Assembly (NCBI GenBank): GCA_030770535.1 | Contig: JASVEC010000021.1 | Location: 1-64,000, forward strand | Reading direction: 5' to 3' | From: Batkoa obscura | Lineage: Eukaryota | DNA length: 64,000 bases | Shown: positions 14,678-30,849 of the stretch, in pieces | How positions within the stretch are numbered: position 1 is the first letter of the stretch | How the letters are laid out: the number at the start of each line of letters is the position of its first letter | Notes under the pieces: model-generated | What the model was told of the DNA's origin: nothing | Seen by the model: only the letters and a program-made list of their open reading frames with translations | The model's database searches: none | Position numbers and translations under genes: made by a program

Positions 14678-15296
14678 TTCCAATCAGAGTTATAGAGTCT
14701 ATAGAAAATAGAAAAATTAAAAGATCGATCCCAGCTTACCTTACGAAGATAACAGAGAATTTAAAATTTTCGATATTTACTAAGCAAGTAAGTAGTTTGT
14801 TGAATGATAGAAATAGATTGTTAAATGTTAAGATTACTTAAGTTATTAGTAGCTAAGTTAATAAATAGTCAAAGAACAAGTAACTGTAATAATATGTAAA
14901 AACTATTATTACTTGTACTATATAGGGATGGTTAACTATAGTTTTGGGGCTAACCACTCCCTCCCATGCAGCTATTTATTAACTTGGCAATATATTAATA
15001 ATGTAATTATAACATTAAAGTAGTTTATTTATTTGATAATAAATCTACAATGTTGGTTATAAAGCAGTTGATAATAAATATTTCTCAATTAAGCTTTGTA
15101 AGAATATGTATTTAAGATCTAGTAGAAATTCAACTAACTTACAGTATGAGCTATAATAGAATGATTTAGAACTGTGTTTGGGTGCTTTTGTTTTAATAAA
15201 AGATGTGATTTTATAGAATTTTAAGCGAAGTTTTTAAAATACAAAATTTTTCAAAAATTGGATAAAATAATGAAACTAATTCAGACAACCCCATAT

Positions 15297-15397
15297 GGTG
15301 ATGTATTTTTGTGTTTAAGAATTTCAATAATAAAATTTCCACTTAAATAGCGCTTAAAAGATGGAAAAAAATAATGAAATCAAAAAAAAACACCTCC
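15297..15397 (-). mobile_element. MITE copy 5, abutting the Sola right TSD
   Basis: Begins right after ATAT at 15293-15296; homologous to the other copies. Confidence 0.85.
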
Positions 15398-15830
15398 ATG
15401 TAATAAATTATAGGCTATATAAAATGAACAAAATAAAAAACATTATGAAATTTATATAAAATACTAAAATTCAATATCTTTATTAAAAAATAATTTAATA
15501 AGAAGCTATAGGTTATATTAGTAAGCTTTTTTACATTTCAATTAAATAGCTATATAAAAAACACAATAATAGTTATTTTTTATTATAGTTTCTGAATATA
15601 AATATAAAAATGTGGAAATGTAAAAACAGTGTTTTTTGTAATAAGTAATAGAAATTTTTACAACTTTAAATAAAAAACTATGAGTTTATTGTATTTGAAT
15701 TTAAAGGTATAATAAGTTTTAGTGACAAAGTCCCCTAAGGCTAATCAAATTTATTATATAAATCATAGTTAAATTAGCTATAAAATTGAAATTAATTTTA
15801 TAAATGATTCAAATAGTTATTATACTATAA

Positions 15831-15928
15831 GAGGATGTATTTTTATATTTAAGAATTTTACCAACAATTTTTCCGCTCAAACAGCGCTTGAAAGATCGAA
15901 AAGTAATGAAGCAAAAAAAAACATCCCC
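15831..15928 (-). mobile_element. MITE copy 6
   Basis: GAGGATGT...ACATCCCC, ATAA/ATAA TSD. Confidence 0.88.
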
Positions 15929-15954
15929 ATAATTAGTTATAGAGTTAATAGTAT

Positions 15955-16051
15955 GGATGATTTTTTTGGTTTTATTACTTTTTCCACCTTTTAAGCGCTA
16001 CTTAAGCGGAAAATTTTTTACTAAAATTTTTAAACACAAAAATATACTTCC
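15955..16051 (+). mobile_element. MITE copy 7, degenerate ends
   Basis: Internal TTTTAAGCGCTACTTAAGCGGAAAA core. Confidence 0.75.
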
Positions 16052-16082
16052 ATGTATGTTTTATATTTAGGCCTAAAAATAT

Positions 16083-16180
16083 GAGAATGTATTTTTGTGT
16101 CTAAGAATTTCACTAACAATTTTTCTGCTTAAACAGTGCTCAAAAGATCGAAAAAGTGATGAGGCTAAAAAAACGCCTCT
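16083..16180 (-). mobile_element. MITE copy 8
   Basis: Homologous core, ATAT/ATAT flanks. Confidence 0.8.
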
Positions 16181-16238
16181 ATATACAACTGAGTTATTAG
16201 TTAAAATCCTCAATTTAGCATCAAAAAATAATTTAAAT

Positions 16239-16337
16239 GGGGATGGATTTTTTTGTTTAAGAATCTTATTAATAATTTTTCCACTCAAATAGCGCTTAAA
16301 AGATGGAAAAAATGATGAAGCTAAAAAAAACATCCCC
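16239..16337 (-). mobile_element. MITE copy 9
   Basis: GGGGATG...CATCCCC, AAAT/AAAT TSD. Confidence 0.9.
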
Positions 16338-16494
16338 AAATAGTTTTTGAAAATTAAATAATAATATTATTTTTAGAAGTTAATACAGAATATTATTAGA
16401 GAACTTTCTATTTGAAAAAAGTTGTATTTTTTTTAAATTACAATAAGTAAGAAAATAACCTTTATGATCAAAAATTTATTAGTAAATAAGATAT

Positions 16495-16592
16495 GAGGAT
16501 GTTTTTTTGGTTTCATCACTTTCTCTATTTTTTAAGCGTTATTTGAGTGGGAAGATCGCTAGTAAAGTTCTTAGATGAAAAAATACATCCCC
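16495..16592 (+). mobile_element. MITE copy 10
   Basis: GAGGATGT...ACATCCCC, flanks ATAT/ATAC. Confidence 0.85.
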
Positions 16593-17398
16593 ATACGTTA
16601 GGACCTGGTCTTTTATAACTCAAAAATTACTTTTTTATAAAAACAACAACATAAAAAGTAGCTTTCCGGTATAATGTAGTCTAATCTAAATTTTATGAAA
16701 AAACGCAAGATAAATTTACATTATTAAAAGTTTAAATTTACTTAATGATAGAAAATAAGTAGATAGAAAACAATTTAACTGTTATTGTGTTATTTGTTTA
16801 CCAAATATATCATAATGTCTGCTATATTCTACTTTGTTTTGGGATTTATTTAATGTTTTGACTTAACTATCTAGTTTGTATTCACTAAAATCGGGTTACT
16901 TCCTAATTGAGAAATGTTTATCATATCAGGGGTCCTGGGTTTCTTTATTATATTAACATTAGAAAATGGAAGTATAACCCTCACTGGAATTATCGCTTCT
17001 TTGTTTAGTTCAGCGCTTACCTGATGTCATGTACCTCACAATATGAGCTCATCCGTTTGCGACAGCTAATCTGGTTGGTACAAACAATGTTGTTTTAAAA
17101 TTTGATATTTGTTTAACTTATTTAAGGTATTTAAAATCTGAAATATTTAAATTTGATTTTTATTGTCATTGATTACAAATCTCAAATTAAGTGCAAATAA
17201 ATAGACGACTATTTTAATAGCTACTTATGAATTATATTATATATATTCAATAATATGCTAAAAGTACAACACATTTTTTTCTAATATTTTTGTTCATTTT
17301 AAGTTCAAAATTCCAAGTTATGAATTCAATTGTTAAAAAAATAATTCCATATAATGATATGCATTAAATTTTATATTTTTAAAAAATATTAATCAAAA

Positions 17399-18352
17399 CT
17401 ATACATTGTTAGTAGGAGGTGGATCGCAAAGGCCTTCTACTTTCCACCCAAACATTAAATTGGTCATCTAAAATCAATTAAAATTTAAAAATAAGGCTTT
17501 ATAATAAATTACCGCAATAGATAATGGAATTGGCTTTTTCACTTTCGATTTACTATTTGTAATCTGCTTATAAAACGAATATTTTAATCTATCAGAGAGG
17601 GAGTTATGCCAAATTTGCCATTCTTCTATTGTACTAAAATCTAAAGGCGATTTGTTTTCTATTAATTTATTTTTATCTTGCTCTTGCTCCTGCTCTTGTT
17701 CTTGCTCTGAATCCGTGGTAGGATTTGAATTACTATGTAGTGCAAAACTATTAACCAACTTCGATGAAAGCAATTTATCTTTCAATCTACTAAACCTATT
17801 TAATAAAGCAGGTGATTTTTGACTTTCCTTTGATTCACTTTGTGAGACTTCTAACCTATTTTTTGATGTATTATTTAATTTTAATTGTCTAAGGTCATTT
17901 AATCTATTCGACTCCTTTGATCCATCAGCTGAAGCTAAATGTGGTGGGTTTAACCAGAGTTCTCTCAATTTCTCCCATTTCATTTGTTGAAATAAAACTT
18001 GAGACGCTTGAACCTCAACTCCAAATTGATGTTCTTCCTCCTGTTCAAATTGATCTTTATCTTTATTAGTTATCTTCACAAGTAATTTCTCAGCATTATT
18101 ATAAACTTCTGAGAAATCTGTTGCTGGTAAAACTAGCTCTTTGTTCAATATCACAACATCTTTTTTTGGTAAAGGAGGTGGTATTGGATCGTCTATAGTT
18201 GTTTCGATAAAAGAGTTTACGGATGTAGAAGGATTAGAATTTAAACCTAATCCTTTAAATATATCATTTAATTCATTTTCTGAAAAATTACTAAAGATTG
18301 GGCTTTCTGGCTTGATATCTACCCTTGAGCTGTTTTTACTTTTGGAATACAT
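17399..18352 (-). CDS. Hypothetical protein with a DUF4050/Gag1-like clamp-type C-terminus (2 exons)
   Basis: 292-codon ORF plus a GT-AG intron near 17468-17512 gives ...YKQIT..KVKKPIPLSIAMTNLMFGWKVEGLCDPPPTNNV*, resembling the DUF4050 P(I/V)PL...GW..EG motif. Confidence 0.65.
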
Positions 18353-18436
18353 GAAAAGAAATAAAAAATTTGAAATTTATATTTAAATAAGAACAAGAAC
18401 AAATTTATTTTTAGTAACTTAATTTTCTAAATTTAT

Positions 18437-19330
18437 TCAATTTTGGTTTTTTGGCTTGTATTTCTTTTGATTGGGAATTCGGCATACTTTATCTTCCGCA
18501 TCACAATAATATAAAGAATTGCAATCACTATCGACTTTACATGGAGTAAGGAACTATTATGAAATTAGAATGTATATAGTAACTATATAAACTACTCACT
18601 CTTCCTGGGAATCTACAACGATTTTCAAAACTACAAACAGTTCCAGATACCTTGCTGTCACTAATTAATTACATTAAAAATTAAATTTTAATATTATAAA
18701 AAGTCCTTACCAAAAATCATCTTTACTATTAAAATAGCAATCGGTATTTATTCTATTCAATGTTGAAATAGTACCATTATTCTCTAATACTAACTTATTC
18801 CCTTTATCAATAAATTTGCCAGTATAGTTATTTTGGCCTCCATTAGAATTCAATATTAAACTAAACCCTTTCTGCCCTTTTTGCATTTCTCTAATAAAAC
18901 CCTTTAACAAAATTCATTAATAAGACCTATTAAAATAATTACTTGATCTTTCTTAGGTCATATTTACCATTAATAGGTGCAAGTTTAAACTGAGGGCAAA
19001 TTTTTTCATTACATAAATAGTTAGTAAATTGATAGAAAGATAAATCTTGGTCAAATTCTAGTGCTTGTATATATCGATGTAATCCCTTAACATTTTCAAA
19101 CTCCTAATATAAAATATAAAAATAAATAAACAAGCAACTTTCAATTTTAATCTTACTTTAATATCCTGCTTAAATATACCAGTCAATCGCTTAACTAAAT
19201 AATGATACTCATCTTTCTTTAAATTCGTTGAACCTAATAATAAATATATTAACTATTTAGTATCAAGTATATATAACTTACTTATGAGGTTTAATGAGCT
19301 TATAAGAGTAATAATATTTATTAATTTCAT
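18437..19330 (-). CDS. Hypothetical multi-exon, probably secreted protein with a Cys-rich tail
   Basis: ATG at 19330 with hydrophobic MKLINIITLISSLNLI; several short GT-AG introns; last exon FLTPCKVDSDCNSLYYCDAEDKVCRIP... Confidence 0.55.
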
Positions 19331-19731
19331 AACTTTAAAGTTAAATATATTAAATAGTTTTAACAATAATTTTACTAATTGACTTTAAATACTTTATTTT
19401 TTTTGATTTAATTACTTTGAAAATCTAACTGAATATCGTAAATCAACTTTGATTTTAAATCCTGAAAAGCATCAAACTAAATTTAGAACTAAAATTAGAA
19501 AATGATTAAATTTAGATTTGGCATGAAGACTAACTATTAAAAAATAAAAAGTAAACAATAAAGATAAATTTAGCTAATGAAAATAACAAACTCAAATTAT
19601 TAACTCATCATTACTTTATATAATATTAATATCGTTTAAAAATAAATAAATAAATAAATAATAATAAAATTTAATTCAAATATTATAAATTAAAGTAAAT
19701 AATTTTTATCGGAATATTACTATTAATGTAG

Positions 19732-25395
<5,664 letters not shown>

Positions 25396-25956
25396 TCATA
25401 AAACTGTTTGTTTTGGATTGATTTTATAAAATAAATATATATTAAAGTATAGAGAATTATGTAACTTAAAATAATTTAAAATAGTTCTTAGTTGACATGA
25501 GTTTGTTTAAAAATTTATAAATCAAAGCGGGGATAGTAGCTTTAAAAGCCTTTTTAATTGGTTGATTTTTTACTTCATTTTTTAAGTAAATCCTATAAAT
25601 GCCTAAAATAAAGGGTTTAATAATTAAAAGGTAAGGCTTGAATCCATTTATATTTTTATTGCTTAGCATCAAATATTAAAATAGTTTAAAACTTCATATT
25701 ACATTATTGTTTTATCATATATATTACTTTTATATTACATTTCTATTATAATACGATTGTAGTATACTATTTTTGTATCATTTTATCCCACTTTAGATTT
25801 ATTTCACAAACATTATTTTGTTCTCATTTGTGTTTTTTATCTATACTATTTCAAAATAAAACTTTTGATTTTAAAACGTACTTAAAAATAAAATTAAATA
25901 ACGGAATAGTCAATATTTATAATCTCAAAATTGTTTGATTTATTCATTCAAATCTA

Positions 25957-27535
25957 TTAAATATTAGACTTTGGCCATTCCGGTGAAAGACTATCTACTT
26001 TATCCCAGCAATTGTTCATAACTCCACGGAAATTCCAAATAGGTAATTCGGGCTGAGTATTTGAAGCAGAATCCCCTAAAATTTATAATGTTAACTCTAA
26101 TATTATAATATTAGTGATGTACATTACATGCTCTACACATTATTGTAGTATTCGGGTTAATTGATTTGACTTTCAAAGACCATAGGCACCAAGACCAATA
26201 TCCATTGCCTACTTTTTCTTGCTTTAAGCTAGCAAGCTCCCAACTTTTACCTTCATCGAATGTCACCTCTAATAGATTTGTTTCAGTAAAGATAATAATT
26301 AAACTAATAAAATATTACCAACTCTTGTTACTTTTCTTCCTCCTCCTGAAAGAATGAAATTAGGTCATTTTTTTAAGATAAAATCAACTGATAATACCTG
26401 ATATCGCATAACCTTTAACTTCGTTACAACTGACTTCAAGCTTAGATTGATTCGAAGGAGTACAAATAACACTTTGTACATTCATCTCATGAATTGATTG
26501 TGATTTATCCCAATATTTGAATGCATCTTTTTCTTCAACCTAAATTTTTATATCAAATACTAGATTGAATTATACTATTAAAGCTTTACATCTTGTGGCA
26601 ATATTTTATAGTCACGACGCTGAAAGAAACTAGGTGATTCCTCATTCTGAATAATTATTTTGTTTAAGTATTTAACAGATCGAGCACCAATTACGCCTTA
26701 AAGTTCATGATTAATTATTACAATTTAATATTATAAATTATACTTACCTGGAACAACCATTCTAATAGGATAACCATGATCACGTGGCAATAGCTCATTA
26801 TTCATTTCATAAGCCAATAACACATCATTATCTATGTTCCTATTATTTAAAAAATAATTAATATTTAAACAAGCCAAATTAATAATATTATTACATGGCC
26901 CATTTTAATGGAATTGAGCTTCCATAACAACGATCTTCCTCAACTCCACCAACAGCTTCCATCCAAACGTGAGCATCAGGGTATTCGAATTGTGAAACAT
27001 CTTCAGGGATACCTGCATCTAATAAGATATCACGAAGTCTTGCACCTGCCCAATAAGAATTGGCAATGGTACCAGGTCCCCAGATAACACCTTTAACTGG
27101 TTTTACTTTTAATAATCCATCTCTTCTATTACCAGCACACTAAAATTTTATTAAAAAACATATTGTTTAGTTGTGTCTTCGATAAAGTCATGAAATAATT
27201 ACCTGTAAGGCAGCTAATATAGTATGCTTTTTGTAGTCTGATTTGATTTCTTTTACTGAAATATTTAATGGTTTTGGTACTATTCCTTCAATACTGATAA
27301 AATGCTTATTTTCATCAATTAATGGAATTGGGCCATGATTTCTTTTAAAGAACACCTCTTTTGGTGTAACATAACTTCCAACTAATTGCTTTAATGGTGG
27401 TTCTGCATTGAAAGGTTCTTTGTTTCTTACTATCAGCTCTTTGTTTATTCTTTCTGGCTCATAATTATATATTAAGTCTGTTCTTTTCCCATTTTTTGTT
27501 GGAAAATTGTGAAATTCAGTCTGATTTTTACTCAT
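25957..27535 (-). CDS. Sulfite oxidase-like molybdopterin oxidoreductase without a heme b5 domain, multi-exon
   Basis: EPFNAEPP...[18 protein letters not shown] (Moco Cys), [27 protein letters not shown]; ends PKSNI*. Confidence 0.9.
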
Positions 27536-28448
27536 TTTTTATAATTGAAAAAAAACTTTCTTCCTTTTTATACCTCAAGACCTGTCAAAATCTCTATAGA
27601 CATGACTCAACTTATTCATTAGTAACATCCAATTAATAACAGTTAGAGATTAAAACATAACCAACCATACTACATAATTTTATAGTGTTAAAATTAGAAC
27701 TAAATTTAATTACATAAAAATGGTGATAAACATTAGCTCAAATAAATGATAAAATCTACAATATTAATTTATTATATTAACATCCTTTCTGTTTGAATTT
27801 GAATAAATATAATATAAGACTCATTAAATACACATTATTGATAATAGATAATAAATATGTACTATTTATACCCATATTGTTTTAGAATATTGTATTATCT
27901 CATAATAATGCTTATCTCTATAATATAACCATATACATTAGAATCAAATTAAGCGATAGTATGAAAATAGAAAATACATGAATGATACTCAGAGGCCCCA
28001 ATCAACATAATAGTTCATGATGAAGGATATAAATCCCTTAAAAAAATCTTAGCTGTATATAATAATGAATTGTTATATAAATAAATTCACAATGAAACAA
28101 AATCTATAGAAAGAAAACATTTTTTATTTTTTGGTTTAAGTTAAAATGTTTGTACAAATTCATTTCTTTTTTAGCTTAATACTTTATATAACTTTTACCC
28201 ATTAACTCAACGAGGGAGTCATAAACTAGGAGCATAACATTAAAGAAACTATTCAATCAATTTTTAAGAAACTTTATAAACTTTCGTTCTTAAATATTAA
28301 CAACTAACATTGATATTTAAATATATTATAAATAAAATTAATGTTATGCTATTATTAAATCTGTTTTTCATTATAAATTTCAAACATAAAATAATAATCA
28401 ATTAATTTATTAAAATAATAATATTATTGAATGTGTAGTATAATCGGT

Positions 28449-29335
28449 TTATAATTCCCCAGTTTTAGCTTTTTGGGCGGTCTCTAATACGACTTGAAAA
28501 TCATCAAAGGGAACGTATTTAATACCATGTTCCATACAATATTTTTCTAAGCCTCTACCACGTCTTGCAAATAAAACATCTGCACGACGAGCAGCTGATA
28601 AATCAGACACACCGTCGCCGCAAAAAATGATAAAGGGCTTAACTTCTCCATGTTCTCTTTTATACTCTTCTTCAGCAATATCCATTGATAAACCTTTATC
28701 ATGACCAAATTCGCTTTACATTGATTAACATTATTAAATGCTTACTATAATTTTATTAAATTACCTCTCATCTTTAAAAGTGCAGATCCACTTTCTGCCT
28801 TCAAGAACTCCATAGTTAGCTCGAATTTTAAAGTTTGTGTAATCATTAGGAAAAAACTTTCTCAAAAAGTATTCAATCATAAACTCAAGACCCCTTTATA
28901 TATAATAAGTAATATATATATATATGTAAAAAAAAATACCCTGAAAACACATGGAAAGGTATGCTATTCGAAAAACAATATTCTGCGAAAATTTCGAATT
29001 TGGGATCAAGCTCAACATCTATTTACGATAAAGTCAAATATCTGAAATATATATGTTATTACCTTTAAGAAGAACTAAAGCTTCCTCCCAAGTCAAATTT
29101 ACCCCATCCCACATTTGCTTAAATATATCCCTTTTTAATCATTGTTTAATTTTTGTAAGATTTATTCGTTTATTATTTACCTTAATTTGCTTTCACCTAT
29201 CATAGCCTTTTCATCTAAAGCTTTACGTGTTTCTGTTCCGATACATTTATCAATTAATATGACTCCAGTATCTTGCAATGTAATCGTTCCATCGAAATCG
29301 CAGCAAACTAGAACATGTGTATTTCCTTTGGTCAT
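28449..29335 (-). CDS. HAD-superfamily phosphatase (MtnX/YNL010W-like), multi-exon
   Basis: Motif I DFDGTITLQD, then FGHDKG and GDGVSDLSAA. Confidence 0.88.
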
Positions 29336-30849
29336 TGTAAATTATAAAAATTAAATTAAATTTTGGGATCAAATCATTTTAATTATTTTAATTGAATCCA
29401 AGAATAGGTTAAATCAATAATTAGTTTTACCTTGGAACTAATTTTTACAGCATAATAGCTATAACTATATAAAGGTAAAATTTGTTACATCGTTTTAAAA
29501 TATAGCTTTTTATTATGATACTATACATATCAACAATACTGATAAGTTTTAACGCAATTTTGTCAAAAATAAACGATTACTTTAGATTAAGAAATTAAAC
29601 CAGAGTTAAGTAGCTATCACATTTATCTAAAATAGCAAATATCATTACTCTACGAAAACTCAACAATATATATAAAGTACCAATTGTGAATAATATTAAA
29701 TCCTTATTTAAGTTATTGTTGACTATATTCAAAGTTATAAGTCGAAAAATTGTAATATTTTGAAATAGGTTAGTTCAGTAAAATTATAAAAAATTGTTCT
29801 ATTAGCCTATTTTAAATTATTTTAAATTATTTAAAAATATACAATACAAATAAATAGACATAGTTGATTTAATTTAAATATAATATTAGATATATATGTA
29901 ACAAAGATTACTTTAATGAGTTTATTCAAATAAAAATTTATAAACTTGATCAAAATTTAATTTACTATAAATGATAAAAGAATCTATAAAAGATACCTTA
30001 ATAGAATAATTCTAAAGTTTGATTATAAATTTCAAAGCATGTTGAATGTCTGCCTTGATAGCATTTTATTATTATTATTATGTGACATAGGAATATCTTT
30101 TTTATTTTTGTCTATTTCTTGTTCAATATAAAATTGTGCGATTTATTAGTAAACATTTTTTTAAAGTATTCTCATATAAATATTTTTCTCTACACATGTA
30201 ATTGGAAGTTTTGTTCTTATAAAATTACTTGTATATCAAATAATCATCAAACTAACTTTCCTTATTTTAGTAATATTTATTCCATTATACACTTTTTTAA
30301 TTATTAATATAATTTAATATTCATAAAATAATAAATAGAAAATGATAATTAGTTTATTTTCATTTTGTTAAACTAAACTAGACAGTGAATTGCATCATTT
30401 TGAATGGATATACAATAAAAAATGTCAAATATTTGTATTTTTCTAAGCGAATTTTTTGTTTCCCAATTTTACCACTAATGCTTATAAAATTCTAACGAAA
30501 ATTGCGTGATTTTAGTGGAAAATGACACCATGATAGCAGTATCCCAATAAAACACTCAAAACTGTTTAAATTGACTTCTTTTATAGGATAAATTTAAGTC
30601 ACAAAACTTATGCAAATTTCATGATCAATAAAAATATTAGGTTTTTTTGATAAATAATTTTGATTTGATAAAATATTCTAAAACGACCTTGAAAAAAATA
30701 AAGAAAAATAGAAGTAAAATTTAAGATTAACTAATAAGAATAGAGATATTTTTTACATGTTACTATCATTAGTTGTTTCTTTATGAATAAGCTTTTCTAG
30801 CTGCTTAATATATAAACTTGACTTGTAGCTCATAAATACAATTTTTTAA

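Larger units (their letters stand above)
12387..15292 (+). mobile_element. Sola2-like DNA transposon, complete, with insertion-disrupted transposase
   Basis: TIRs GGGGCTGTCCTAATTGGTTTCA and TGAAACTAATTCAGACAACCCC (18/22 match), ATAT on both flanks, internal DDD transposase. Confidence 0.85.

Noticed and set aside
10466..16339. Small ORFs 10466-10702, 11791-11973, 13477-13773, 16073-16339 and 16095-16292
   Set aside because: They run through MITE or TGT...ACA element sequence, or are antisense to the transposase.
9984..16592. CRISPR-like repeat-spacer array
   Set aside because: Repeats are ~99 bp, irregularly spaced, in both orientations and have TIRs and TSDs; the context is eukaryotic and there are no cas genes.
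16970..17030. TAACCCT (telomerase template?), ATCGCTTCT (U2 5' end?) and CTTACCTG (U1 5' end?)
   Set aside because: Only 7-9 nt matches; downstream U1/U2 motifs are absent, and the TAACCC is paired in a hairpin and is not a 1.5-repeat template.
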